64,000 bases of DNA, taken from positions 1 to 64,000 of the forward strand of contig JBNKCR010000098.1 in assembly GCA_050287845.1 (NCBI GenBank). The letters run 5' to 3'. Within the stretch, counting starts at the first letter, position 1, and each line of letters starts with the position of its first letter. Made by a program: the position numbers and the translations under genes. This document shows positions 1 to 10,139 of the stretch, one piece after another. Origin of the DNA: Polyangia bacterium (lineage in GTDB: Bacteria; Myxococcota_A; Polyangia; JAAYKL01). The notes beneath the pieces were generated by a model. That model made no database searches. It worked only from the letters and a program-made list of their open reading frames with translations, and had not been told where the DNA came from.

Positions 1-142
1 AATTGCCAACATGGCATTTGCTGCGCCAGACTGGCAAGGCGCGAGAAGTGGAGCATACCGGGGTATGCGACCGACGAGCAACGCCGTCGGGCGGGATGCA
101 GCGGAGGCAAGATGGCAATTTAATAATGATCAGTGTCCTTAA
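1..142. repeat. MITE/REP-like nested palindromic element, probably truncated by the window start
   Basis: AATTGCCA (1-8) pairs with TGGCAATT (113-120); GCTGC (20-24) pairs with GCAGC (98-102); central hairpin GCATAC-cggg-GTATGC (53-68) is flanked by GCAAGGCG...CAACGCC; ends in GATCAGTGTCCTTAA. Confidence 0.55.
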
Positions 143-160
143 CATTCGAAGGGAAAAAAA

Positions 161-1624
161 ATGATTTTACGAATTGGATTTATAACCGCACTGAGCACGT
201 TGTTTCTGGCTATGGGGTGCGGAGATGATGGAAGTGCGTCTGAGAAAGATACATCCACCGACGGGGACACGGACTCTGATTCGGATACGGACGGTGACTC
301 TGATTCGGATACCGATTCAGATACGGATTCGGATACGGACACGGATTCGGACAGCGATTCGGATACGGACACGGACACGGACAGCGATACGGACACGGAT
401 ACGGACACCGATTCAGACAGCGATTCGGACACGGACACCGATTCGGATACGGACACGGATACGGACAGTGATTCGGATACGGACACCGATTCGGATACGG
501 ACACCGATACCGGCACCGAAGCGGATGCGGACACTGAAACGGACACCCAGAGACAATACACAAACGCATTTCTGGAAGCGGGTTATACCCAGGAAGAAAT
601 CGATCAGAAAATCGCGGATGTCTGGCACGACATATTTGAAAGTGACAACAGGATATATTTCGATGTTGGGGATGATATGGGATACATAACCGACACCGGC
701 AACAACGATGTGCGTTCAGAAGGCATGTCGTACGGAATGATGATGGCTGTACAAATGGACAGACAGGACGTTTTTGACCGGCTCTGGAAATGGAGCAAAA
801 CGTATATGTACCTCGATTCGGGAACCAATGCGGGGTACTTTGCCTGGTCCTGTCAGCTTAATGGAACAAAAAATGCGATGGGTGCAGCGCCTGATGGGGA
901 AGAATTTTTTGCAATGTCTTTGTTTTTCGCTGAGCATCGCTGGGGCGGCAGAGAAGCGCCTTTTAATTATGAAAAACAGGCCCAGGATATTCTGCGTGCC
1001 GCTATCCACAATCAGAATCCGATGTTTAATCCCAACAATCATCTGGTAAAGTTTGTTGCTGAAGTTGAGTATACGGATCCCTCATATCATCTGCCCCATT
1101 TTTATGAATTGTGGGCCCAATGGGCATATCCTGAAGATAGAGAATTCTGGCGCAGTGCAGCACAGGCCAGCAGGGAGTTTCTACCAAAGACCTGTCACCC
1201 CGTGACAGGATTTGCGCCGGAATATGCCAATTATGACGGCACCGGTTATCCGAATCACCTGGATTTTTTCAGTGATGCCTATCGCGTTGCAGCGAATATC
1301 GGGTTGGATGCGGAGTGGTTTGGAAAACAACCCTGGCAGACAGAGATTGTAGACAAAATTCACCTGTTTTTTAAAGATATTCCTGTAGAAGATTACCAGC
1401 CATATACTCTTGCTGGCGTCCCGGTACAGAGAGATTACATGCACAATATAGGACTTCTCGCGACCAATGCCATGGCCGCATTGGCAACAGAAACTGATGT
1501 GTCTGTAGATACGGTGCGTACTTTCTGGAATACGCCTCCGCGAACAGATAACCGACGCTATTACGACAATTGTCTGTATTTCTTTGCAATATTGGCATTG
1601 AGCGGAAATTATCAGATTTATTGA
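161..1624 (+). CDS. GH8 reducing-end xylose-releasing exo-oligoxylanase (Rex-type) lipoprotein with Asp-Thr/Ser linker
   Basis: Lipobox LAMGC; ~95 aa D-T/S repeat; GH8 motifs [55 protein letters not shown]. Confidence 0.9.
   Translation: MILRIGFITALSTLFLAMGCGDDGSASEKDTSTDGDTDSDSDTDGDSDSDTDSDTDSDTDTDSDSDSDTDTDTDSDTDTDTDTDSDSDSDTDTDSDTDTDTDSDSDTDTDSDTDTDTGTEADADTETDTQRQYTNAFLEAGYTQEEIDQKIADVWHDIFESDNRIYFDVGDDMGYITDTGNNDVRSEGMSYGMMMAVQMDRQDVFDRLWKWSKTYMYLDSGTNAGYFAWSCQLNGTKNAMGAAPDGEEFFAMSLFFAEHRWGGREAPFNYEKQAQDILRAAIHNQNPMFNPNNHLVKFVAEVEYTDPSYHLPHFYELWAQWAYPEDREFWRSAAQASREFLPKTCHPVTGFAPEYANYDGTGYPNHLDFFSDAYRVAANIGLDAEWFGKQPWQTEIVDKIHLFFKDIPVEDYQPYTLAGVPVQRDYMHNIGLLATNAMAALATETDVSVDTVRTFWNTPPRTDNRRYYDNCLYFFAILALSGNYQIY
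259..546 (+). repeat. Coding hexanucleotide-type repeat encoding a (Asp-Thr/Ser)n linker
   Basis: GAYACG/GAYTCG/GAYAGC units in frame within the GH8 gene. Confidence 0.95.
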
Positions 1625-1655
1625 ACTGAACTGCCCCGAATTTGCGATGAATGAA

Positions 1656-1685
1656 TCCTGAACCTGTCCCTCCTGAACCTGTCCC
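1656..1685. repeat. Perfect 15-bp tandem duplication TCCTGAACCTGTCCC x2
   Basis: Read directly at 1656-1670 and 1671-1685, just downstream of the GH8 stop. Confidence 0.85.
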
Positions 1686-1926
1686 CGGTTAAATCTCCCC
1701 AATTTTTTCATGCGTCTATCCAGTGATTTCGGATGCCTGTTCACACGCTCTGAACCGACGCGTGGTGCGGCGTGGCGCGAAAAATGTCCCGGAGGCGTCG
1801 CTGAACGTTGCTCCTGAGCCTCCCTGTCCTGAATCACTTTTTTTCTGTGAGAATTATTCGCATATACCGTACAATAAATAAAAGACTCAACCTCTGAGAA
1901 AAAGAAGGAAGGTAATCTTCGGTTTT

Positions 1927-3753
1927 ATGCTGGCAGAAATTGAATGGAATCAATGGATTGTATTTATTGTAATCATTGGTGTGTTCGTACTGTTTCTTCG
2001 CGGAAGGTGGCCAGTGGAACTGGTAGTGTTGGCTGGCTGTGGCGTACTGCTGACAACCGGAATTCTATCCCCATCGCAGATGCTGTTGAGTTTCAGCAAT
2101 CCCGCTCCGGTTACCATCGGCGCACTGTTCATTCTCAGCGCTGCCCTTGACCGAACCGGAATCATCGCCATGCTTGGAAACTGGTTCAACCGCATGGCAA
2201 AACGAAGTGAGAGACGCGCGCTCGCGCTGTTACTCCTCATTGGAACGCCCATTTCCGCATTCGTGAACAACACACCGATTGTAGTGATTCTGCTGCCCAT
2301 TGTGCTGGCGTTCTGCCGCAACAGCGGTGTGAAACCGTCGCGACTGCTCATCCCCCTGTCCTTCGGCACCATATTGGGAGGGACATGTTCCATGGCCGGC
2401 ACATCCACAAACCTGCTGGTAGACGGCATCGCACGCGCATCGGGGATTGAGCCCTTTCATCTTTTTGCCATTGCCCCCCTGGGCATCGCATTCGTGGTGG
2501 TCGGCGGTGCATACCTCTGGTTCGTCGCCCCGCGTCTGTTACCATCGCGGGATACGCTGTCCACGCTGCTCACAACCACCTTCGACAGGAAATATCTGCT
2601 CCTTGCCATGGTGCCGCCAGGGTCCCGGCTCATTGCAAGGCCTGCGCTTTTTGCCATCGAGGGCAAGTCGGAAACCATGCGCATCCTGGAGGTGAGACGA
2701 AAAGGCACGGTGTTGAAAGAAGCCCTTGATGCACTCACCATTGAAGAAGGAGATCAGCTTCTCATCCGTGCCGGAAAATCGGGCATAAAGCTGCTCCGCC
2801 AGTTTTCTGAATTGAAGATGGGAATTGGGGCATCCCCGACCGATGGGGATTTGACTCCCATTGAACAACAGGAAGCGGTCATTCTGGAGGGAATGGTCGG
2901 TCCCAATTCCCGGCTGCGGGGACGGACGTTGCGGGGGATTGCCTTTCGGAGCAATTACAGCACAATCGTACTGGCCGTGCATCGCGAAGGTCGCAACATC
3001 CTGCAATCCCTCGATGAGTTGCGGCTCCAGTTTGGCGATACCCTGCTGGTGGAAGGCGCCCGGGAAGGCATTGATCGTCTCAAGGCCGAACGGGATTTCA
3101 TCGCGCTTTCTGAGCCCACTCAGCGGGAATATCGGCTGAAAAAGGGAAAAATGGCTCTGGCCGGTCTGGGGCTGTTCATCCTGCTCGCCCTGTTCGACTT
3201 CGGATGGGTGGGCATTGAAGCCGAGAATCTGTCCATCACCGGAGCGGCATTTCTGGCGGCCCTTTTTGTGGTGGCCAGCGGTTGCCTCACCTCCAGACAG
3301 GCGTACGAGGCGATTGACTGGCGTATTCTTCTGCTCATTGTCGGCATGCTGGGAATCGGCCGGGCAATGGATACCACCGGCGCGGCAATCACCCTTGCCA
3401 ATTTTGTCACCCGCACATTTTCGTCGTTTGGTCCGTGGGTGCTGCTGAGCGTGGTGTATCTGATGACCAACCTGATGACCGAAATGATATCCAATAATGC
3501 GGTGGCCGTGGTCATGACGCCCATCGCCATTCAGATTGCCGATGCCGCGGAGATTTCTCCGGTCCCGTTGATCATCGCCGTAATGTTCGGCGCCAGCGCA
3601 TCGTTCACTACTCCGGTCGGATACCAGACCAACACATATGTATTTGGCGCCGGCGGCTATCTGTTCAAAGACTTTGTAAAAGTGGGGTTGCCCCTGAATC
3701 TGTTGTTGTGGATTACCGCCACAATATTGATACCCATATTGTGGCCGTTTTAA
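1927..3753 (+). CDS. SLC13/DASS-family permease with two TrkA-C (RCK-C) domains
   Basis: SAFVNNTP, GGTCSMAGTSTNL, SNNA and ASFTTPVGYQTN motifs; central soluble TrkA-C repeats; many TM helices. Confidence 0.9.
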   Translation: MLAEIEWNQWIVFIVIIGVFVLFLRGRWPVELVVLAGCGVLLTTGILSPSQMLLSFSNPAPVTIGALFILSAALDRTGIIAMLGNWFNRMAKRSERRALALLLLIGTPISAFVNNTPIVVILLPIVLAFCRNSGVKPSRLLIPLSFGTILGGTCSMAGTSTNLLVDGIARASGIEPFHLFAIAPLGIAFVVVGGAYLWFVAPRLLPSRDTLSTLLTTTFDRKYLLLAMVPPGSRLIARPALFAIEGKSETMRILEVRRKGTVLKEALDALTIEEGDQLLIRAGKSGIKLLRQFSELKMGIGASPTDGDLTPIEQQEAVILEGMVGPNSRLRGRTLRGIAFRSNYSTIVLAVHREGRNILQSLDELRLQFGDTLLVEGAREGIDRLKAERDFIALSEPTQREYRLKKGKMALAGLGLFILLALFDFGWVGIEAENLSITGAAFLAALFVVASGCLTSRQAYEAIDWRILLLIVGMLGIGRAMDTTGAAITLANFVTRTFSSFGPWVLLSVVYLMTNLMTEMISNNAVAVVMTPIAIQIADAAEISPVPLIIAVMFGASASFTTPVGYQTNTYVFGAGGYLFKDFVKVGLPLNLLLWITATILIPILWPF

Positions 3754-3963
3754 AACGCGATTTCATTTCAAAAAAATTTTAAAATATTAATGACGAGCTA
3801 CTGCATCTTTCAATGATTACAGATGGGGTAAGGGCAGATTTTCTTGATATAGCTGGGAGAACGCGCGCTGTGGTTTGCAGATGCGACGTGGAAAATTGAG
3901 CGGGAATAAAATGTGTGAACACGCGAAAATAACGCGATGCCCATCACATCATGATGAAGGAAT

Positions 3964-6198
3964 GTGAAAATGAGAATCATCAGATGCAGGATATTTTCGT
4001 CATCTTTATTGGTATTTATCGGACTGACGACGTCTTCGTGTTTCGGCGACTTGAATATCGACCCGGCAGATTCGGAAACCATCGGTTCCACAGCGCGCGA
4101 CCCGTTCGCTGATACGGGGAGTGTGGACGATGGGAGCACTGGCGGGGGAGCCGACACGTCGTCTCAAAACTCAAATGATTCGGTCAGCACTCCGGAAGCA
4201 ACAGACGCGGATTCAAATCGTGGTGGCGACTCTGCGACCGCGACGGTGGTGGACTCCGGCAGTGATTCAACGGTCGTGGGCGATACTGGTACAGATGCGG
4301 TCGTTGACACAGAATCTGTCTTCGGAACCGATTCGCACACAACCGCAGACATCGATGCCGATACGGACAGCGACACCGATACAGACACCGACACGGACAC
4401 CGACACAGATGCGGACCTGGAAACGGATTTGGGCACTGGTACTGACGTCGGGGATACCGATGTGACGGATACCGCCGTCTTTGAAACCGACCCGATTGAT
4501 ACAGAACCGTATTTCATCGCTGGAGACTGGTATGGCCGCGGATGGACCGGCATTGGAGAGGTGGCTGGCGGCACTATAAATGAACTCTCTGGCGAAACCG
4601 ATTTCGAAGATGGTTCGGTGTGCGTGGCGGGAACGCTGGTGGCCGATTACAGTTCGCTGGGAATGATTGGCATGAATGTGGCGCAGAACCCCGGGGAAGA
4701 TGCCGCTATTTTCACGCCGGGCGATGACTACGGCGGGGTGTATCTGGCGCTCACGCTCAATGTGCAGAATCTGATGAGAATTGAACTCAATGGCGAAGAT
4801 GGCACCAACTATTGTGCGGAGTTTCACGAAGGGGAAAACCAGCTGTACTGGTACATGTTTTCCGTGGAGTGCTGGGGAAGCACCGGCTCGGTGTATACCC
4901 CCACTGTCGGTATAAAGAGCATTCAGATTTATGCTGCCGGCGATCAGACGATGCCGCTGAATTTCGATTACTGCATTGACGATTTGCGCCCCCTGACTGC
5001 CGCTGAACTGTGCGACAACGGATGTTTTATTGACAATACCTGTGTCGGAAACGGCACGCCCAATCCGGCGAATCCCTGTATGGAGTGCAACATGGCGCTG
5101 GATGAGGACAACTGGTCCAACAAAGCCGATGGTGCGTCGTGCAACGACGGGCTGTTCTGCACTGCGGGCGAAACATGCACCGGTGGTGTGTGTGGTGGGG
5201 GCGTACCGCGGGAATGTGACGATAATGTGGCCTGCAACGGCACAGAATTCTGCGACGAAGCCCAGGATGTGTGTGGATTCACCGAGCCCGAAGGCTGTTA
5301 CATTGGCACCATCTGTTACAACCCCGGAACGGTGAATCCCATCAATTCATGTCAGCATTGTGATGTGTTCAACAATCCCAATGGATGGACCAATGTAAGC
5401 AACGGCAGCAGTTGTGAAGACGGTCAGTACTGCACGGTGAACGATACCTGTTTCGACGGCCGGTGCAACCGTGGCGCCTCGCGGGTCTGCAGTGATGGCA
5501 ACAGTTGCAATGGGAAGGAAACGTGCAATGAGAGTCTGAACAGTTGCATGCCGGGAGCCCCGGTGGGATGCAACATCGGCAGCACGTGTGTGACTGCGGG
5601 AGCGACGAATCCGGTAAATGACTGCGAAATCTGTTTGCCGGCCATCGAATCGCAGGAATGGTCCCCCAACGATGGGACTGTCTGTACCGACGGGGATTTC
5701 TGCACGGTGAATGACTTCTGTGATGGGCGGGTGTGCACTTCCGGAGAGGCCCGGGTCTGCAGCGATGGCAACAATTGCAATGGGATGGAAACGTGCAACG
5801 AATCGATGGACACCTGCGCGGCCGGAACGCCCGTTGGCTGCACCATCGGCGACGCCTGCATTAACGACGGCGCAACCAATCCGGACAATGATTGCGAGAT
5901 TTGCAGAATTTCCATCGATGCGTTCTCATGGACAGCCAATGACGGGGCCAGCTGTGATGATGGCGATGCCTGCACCAGTGGCGAATCGTGCAACGGCATT
6001 GTCTGTGAAGGGGGTGAGTTCATATGCAGTACCGATACAGGCATTGATACAGGCATTGATACGGGAATTGATACGGGAATTGATACAGGCATTGACACGG
6101 GAATTGATACAGGCATTGATACAGGTATCAATATCGACAGCGATACAGTGACAGATGCCGGTACGGATACGGACAACAATCTCGTGAACAGTGACTGA
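3964..6198 (+). CDS. Secreted/lipoprotein with acidic DT linker, putative CBM-like beta-sandwich, Cys-rich tandem repeats and (DTGI)8 tail
   Basis: Signal peptide with TSSC; ~3.6 repeats of ~90 aa beginning GCxIxxxC...NPxNxCxxC...W...C(N/D/E/T)DGxxCT. Confidence 0.8.
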   Translation: MKMRIIRCRIFSSSLLVFIGLTTSSCFGDLNIDPADSETIGSTARDPFADTGSVDDGSTGGGADTSSQNSNDSVSTPEATDADSNRGGDSATATVVDSGSDSTVVGDTGTDAVVDTESVFGTDSHTTADIDADTDSDTDTDTDTDTDTDADLETDLGTGTDVGDTDVTDTAVFETDPIDTEPYFIAGDWYGRGWTGIGEVAGGTINELSGETDFEDGSVCVAGTLVADYSSLGMIGMNVAQNPGEDAAIFTPGDDYGGVYLALTLNVQNLMRIELNGEDGTNYCAEFHEGENQLYWYMFSVECWGSTGSVYTPTVGIKSIQIYAAGDQTMPLNFDYCIDDLRPLTAAELCDNGCFIDNTCVGNGTPNPANPCMECNMALDEDNWSNKADGASCNDGLFCTAGETCTGGVCGGGVPRECDDNVACNGTEFCDEAQDVCGFTEPEGCYIGTICYNPGTVNPINSCQHCDVFNNPNGWTNVSNGSSCEDGQYCTVNDTCFDGRCNRGASRVCSDGNSCNGKETCNESLNSCMPGAPVGCNIGSTCVTAGATNPVNDCEICLPAIESQEWSPNDGTVCTDGDFCTVNDFCDGRVCTSGEARVCSDGNNCNGMETCNESMDTCAAGTPVGCTIGDACINDGATNPDNDCEICRISIDAFSWTANDGASCDDGDACTSGESCNGIVCEGGEFICSTDTGIDTGIDTGIDTGIDTGIDTGIDTGIDTGINIDSDTVTDAGTDTDNNLVNSD
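6034..6129 (+). repeat. Eight 12-bp units encoding DTGI
   Basis: GATACAGGCATT / GATACGGGAATT variants counted in the sequence. Confidence 0.95.
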
Positions 6199-6271
6199 GC
6201 CGCTGATTCTGCGGTTTCATCTTTTCCTGCGCGGTCATTTCCATTACTGTCCTCAACAATGGAGTGACCCG

Positions 6272-6928
6272 ATGATTCACATGAATTCAATTACGGTGGT
6301 GCTTGGCAATCAGACCATCCTTGAAGATTTTTCCCTGAAGATTGAGCAGGGCGAAAAGATGGCCATTTCCGGCGAGTCCGGTTCCGGCAAAAGCACACTG
6401 CTCAAAACGCTGATTGGCATGCACGTCCCACAGCGCGGATACATCCGGATTGCCGGGCTGCCACTGGACCCAGCGAACATTGCATCCATTCGAAAGCAGC
6501 TGTTCTATCTGCCCCAGGATATTCAGCCCCAGGATGACGAAACTGCGCTCGAATACCTGAAAGCGCCTTTCCGGTTGGCGGTGAATCGGGGAATCCCCTT
6601 TCCCGAAGACACACTCGATGATCTGTTTTTCCGGTTGCGCCTGAAGGACGAACTCAAACATCAGCCACTGTATCGCCTGTCGGGTGGAGAGCGCAAGCGG
6701 GTGGGGGTGCTGTGCGGGTTGCTGCTGGGCAAAAAAATCTTTCTGGCCGACGAACCCACTGCCGGTGTGGATGCCGCGAATCGGGACGTCATAACCGACA
6801 TGCTGTTCGGTAAGAAAGACCTGACTGTCGTGGCGGTCACCCACGATGAGTCACTGATTGAACTGGCCAACCACAGAATACAGCTGAAGAATCTCGGTCT
6901 GGCGGGCGTGCCGCAGGAAGGTGAATGA
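6272..6928 (+). CDS. ABC transporter ATP-binding protein (FetA/YbbL-like)
   Basis: GESGSGKS, LSGGE, ADEPT and VTHD motifs; GGAG at 6261 supports ATG 6272. Confidence 0.88.
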   Translation: MIHMNSITVVLGNQTILEDFSLKIEQGEKMAISGESGSGKSTLLKTLIGMHVPQRGYIRIAGLPLDPANIASIRKQLFYLPQDIQPQDDETALEYLKAPFRLAVNRGIPFPEDTLDDLFFRLRLKDELKHQPLYRLSGGERKRVGVLCGLLLGKKIFLADEPTAGVDAANRDVITDMLFGKKDLTVVAVTHDESLIELANHRIQLKNLGLAGVPQEGE

Positions 6929-7746
6929 TGGGGGCGCAAGATATTTCCTCTTTCGGGTTGGTGCTTGCGGCATGCAGTCTGCTGGTTTCGGTGGTTGTCT
7001 ATTCGTTCACCCGGGTCGGGCTGATGAAAAATCTGTTCGTTTCCATGGGACGGATGGGGATTCAACTTTCGCTGGTGGGCCTGTATCTGACAGGACTCTT
7101 TCAGCTGAATCATCCCGCAGTGAATCTCGGGTACATCCTGTTGATGATGGCCGCAGCCAATTACTCCGTGCTGCGGAATTCCGGTTTGAAACAGTCCATG
7201 TTTGTATACACTTTTCCCGCCACCCTCATCAGCGTGGGCGCGGTGGCGGCGTATTTTATGACGCTGGTGTTCAAGCCCAATCCCATTTACGATGCCCGGT
7301 ACCTCATTCCCATCGCCGGCATGCTGCTGGGTAACAGCATGAACCGCACCATCGTCACCCTGGAGCGGTTTTACAGCTCGGTGCGCAAGGATGAATCCGG
7401 ATACAGCGCGCTCATCGCCATGGGGGCAACGGTCAACGAAGCGACCCAGACCAATCTCAAAGTGGCATACCGCGCCGGATTGGGACCGGCGCTGGCCAAT
7501 CTGGCAACCATGGGCATTGTGTCTCTTCCCGGCATGATGACCGGGCAGATTCTGGGGGGAAGCGACCCGGCAGTGGCCATTAAATACCAGGTGGCGATTA
7601 TTCTGGCGATTTATGTCTCCACCGACCTTTCCGCACTGCTCTGCATTACCTTCAGCAAGCGAAAGGGATTCACCCCATTCGGTTTTCTCAATACCGATAT
7701 ATTCAAACAGAAATCCGCAGCATCATCGGCACGCCCCGCCCGATGA
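6925..7746 (+). CDS. ABC transporter permease, UPF0014 (FetB/YbbM-like)
   Basis: RYLIPIAGMLLGNSM and GIVSLPGMMTGQILGG..P..AIKYQ; ATGA overlap with the ATPase gene. Confidence 0.88.
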   Translation: MMGAQDISSFGLVLAACSLLVSVVVYSFTRVGLMKNLFVSMGRMGIQLSLVGLYLTGLFQLNHPAVNLGYILLMMAAANYSVLRNSGLKQSMFVYTFPATLISVGAVAAYFMTLVFKPNPIYDARYLIPIAGMLLGNSMNRTIVTLERFYSSVRKDESGYSALIAMGATVNEATQTNLKVAYRAGLGPALANLATMGIVSLPGMMTGQILGGSDPAVAIKYQVAIILAIYVSTDLSALLCITFSKRKGFTPFGFLNTDIFKQKSAASSARPAR

Positions 7747-7779
7747 ACCTCATCGCCGGGTCGGTGGATATGTCAAATT

Positions 7780-8526
7780 TCAACTGGATGTGATGGGCGT
7801 GCACAATTTGATTTTCGTCTGACTGTGATACCATTCCATCGCCTGATCGGAATTGTCGAAATACCAGAATGCCTCTGTCGCGGGAGCCGTGCGCACCTGA
7901 AGTGAATCTGTGGTGAAGTGATATACCTGGCGCAGTAAATCGCATTTGCGGTTCCACATATCTGATGCCAGTCTGACAACAATATCTGCCGTTTCAATGG
8001 CTCTGGGAAGACTTGATTCGTCGCCATTGGCATAGGCGAACATCCACATCTGTCCAATTTTCAGTTCCTTCTGCTGCCACAGGGACAGCGCTGCCTCCCC
8101 AACATGCCCGTTTCCGACCTGCTGCCGGGATTCACTTAACGGACTATGGGTAATCAGCACGTCGTAGCTGGTGTTCTCCATTGCGCTTCGAAACGCGTTG
8201 TGCATGGTGTTTTTGCCGAACACATCCGACTTTGAATCGCTGCTCATATTCACCATGAAGCCACTGCTGCCGAGCTGTTGCAGCGACTCCAGAAACCGGC
8301 TCCTCTGAGTTCGGTTGATGTCCTGACACACGGACACGATGCGCCAGTTCCAGTTGGGGTGCATCATTATCATCCCACCGACCCATAAGATTTCGTCTTC
8401 GGGATGCGCCACAATCACCAGCGCCCGTGTGGCCGCAGATGGTTTGCCATCGTTGTGCTGTCGCAAAAGTGACGGTCGTCTCTGGACGAATGCAAGCGCC
8501 GATTCATTGGTATTACACTTCATCAC
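7780..8526 (-). CDS. PIG-L/LmbE-family deacetylase-like protein, possibly degenerate
   Basis: VIVAHPEDE (canonical AHPDDE) and ITHSP motifs; overlaps the 3' end of the activator gene. Confidence 0.7.
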   Translation of the reverse strand: MMKCNTNESALAFVQRRPSLLRQHNDGKPSAATRALVIVAHPEDEILWVGGMIMMHPNWNWRIVSVCQDINRTQRSRFLESLQQLGSSGFMVNMSSDSKSDVFGKNTMHNAFRSAMENTSYDVLITHSPLSESRQQVGNGHVGEAALSLWQQKELKIGQMWMFAYANGDESSLPRAIETADIVVRLASDMWNRKCDLLRQVYHFTTDSLQVRTAPATEAFWYFDNSDQAMEWYHSQTKIKLCTPITSS

Positions 8527-9958
8527 TGTGCCAATCTCTGGAGGACTTCGTCCGAATAGATGCGGTCAACCGATGCTTTTTGAGCAATGCATAGAATCGG
8601 GCCCGGGAAAGGCCGGACAGTTCAATGGCGGTCGCGACATCGCCTTCGACATGCTTCATCAACTCAATGAGGTATGTCCGCTCGGTTTCAATAATCGCCG
8701 CATTCCGAACGTTGTCGAGCATGGGAAACGATTTATCGGCATTATTCGGGTGCATCGCCCCGTCACCACTGGATGACAGGGGGACCGAATCTCTCGCCAA
8801 CTTCGCCCGAATTTCCATTGGCAGATCCCTGGGATACAGAATCGGACCTGCGCCGACGGATGCGATGGCCCGTTCCAGTGCATGGTTCAGCTCTCGTACA
8901 TTTCCGGGCCAATCGTATGCTTCGAGCATATCAAAAAACTCCGGTGTGAATCCCTTTATCGACATTCTGTGATTGAGACAGAACGTGCTGACATAATGCT
9001 GAGTGATTGCCGTTATGTCCTCTTTGTGGGATCGCAGAGGGGGCAATTCTATCTGAATCGTTTTCAGACGATGCAGCAAGTCGCCCCTGAATTCTCCCCT
9101 GTCCACCATCTCATCGAGATTTCGATTGGTCGCCGCAACAAGTGCAAAGTTGCTGACAATCTCCTTTTTTCCTCCCAGGGGACGATACCGTTTCTCCTGA
9201 ATGACCCGTAAAAAAGCCTTTTGCACACTCATGGGGAGCTCGCCTATCTCATCAAGGAAAAGAGTGCCATTATCCGCCAGGGCAATGAGTCCCAGCTGGG
9301 ATCGATCCGCTCCGGTATAGGCGCCTTTCTCGTGTCCAAACAGCAAACTCTCCACAAGTGTTTCCGGCAGAGCGGAACAATCAATCACAACAAAATTGTT
9401 GTCCGCACGGGGGCTGTTGTGATGAACCGCGGCGGCGAATAACTCTTTGCCGGTGCCGGTTTCTCCGCAGATCAGCGTGTTGGCGCCACTCACTGCCGCA
9501 AGAGCCACCAGCTCAAGGCATTCTTTAATGGCGGGACTGTTGCCGATAATCATTTCCCGCATCAGCGGGACAGGAACAGCGCGTTTGAGCTTTTCTTCCT
9601 GATACTGAAGTGCCCGGGTCAATGCCAACGAAATATGCTCTGGGGTAAACGGTTTTTGAATGTAGTCCCATGCGCCGTTGCGAATCGCAAGCTCCGCACC
9701 ATCCGGATCACCGGTTCCGGTCATGATGATGACTTCAGGAACGGGAATTTTCTCCCGAAGCAATGGCAGCAAATCCAGCCCGTTTCCATCGGGCAGTTGC
9801 ACATCCACCAGCACCAGAGCGAATGCCTTCTGCTGAGATAGCGCCAGCCCTTCTCTGAACGTGGTCGCGCAGTGCGCCTTCTGGCCGATGCGACGTACCT
9901 CTTCGACAATGGTTTCGCATACCATCCGATCATCATCGACAACCAGCACAAGAGCCAT
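8513..9958 (-). CDS. Sigma-54-dependent response regulator (NtrC family: receiver, AAA+, HTH)
   Basis: VVDDD...DVQLPDGNG; GETGTGKE; ESLLFGHEKGAYTGA; LFLDEIGE; WPGNVREL; C-terminal HTH. Confidence 0.95.
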   Translation of the reverse strand: MALVLVVDDDRMVCETIVEEVRRIGQKAHCATTFREGLALSQQKAFALVLVDVQLPDGNGLDLLPLLREKIPVPEVIIMTGTGDPDGAELAIRNGAWDYIQKPFTPEHISLALTRALQYQEEKLKRAVPVPLMREMIIGNSPAIKECLELVALAAVSGANTLICGETGTGKELFAAAVHHNSPRADNNFVVIDCSALPETLVESLLFGHEKGAYTGADRSQLGLIALADNGTLFLDEIGELPMSVQKAFLRVIQEKRYRPLGGKKEIVSNFALVAATNRNLDEMVDRGEFRGDLLHRLKTIQIELPPLRSHKEDITAITQHYVSTFCLNHRMSIKGFTPEFFDMLEAYDWPGNVRELNHALERAIASVGAGPILYPRDLPMEIRAKLARDSVPLSSSGDGAMHPNNADKSFPMLDNVRNAAIIETERTYLIELMKHVEGDVATAIELSGLSRARFYALLKKHRLTASIRTKSSRDWHSDEV

Positions 9959-10123
9959 AAAACCTCCCTGACCGGAATTCTACCGAATATCGCGGTGTAT
10001 CGCTCCAGGTGGCTTTCCCAAAACGGTTCTGTAGTGAATATCTGACAGGCACATAACATGATTCCTTCAGATTGTCCCGCATTCCATATGCGGCTGCAGG
10101 GGCGCACAGCGCATTACATTCAG

Positions 10124-10139
10124 TGGCCTGAGTATTGCT
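10124..10139 (+). promoter_or_regulatory. Sigma-54 -24/-12 promoter motif with no clear downstream gene
   Basis: TGGCCTGAGTATTGCT = GG-N10-GC. Confidence 0.6.

Noticed and set aside
259..546. Repeat tract as a CRISPR array
   Set aside because: 6-bp period, in frame, no unique spacers and no cas genes.
139..689. SVSVSV, RCPYP and IRIRT ORFs overlapping the GH8 gene
   Set aside because: Alternate-frame and antisense shadows of the coding D-T/S repeat; the same applies at 4121-4574, 5424-6290 and 27188-27697.
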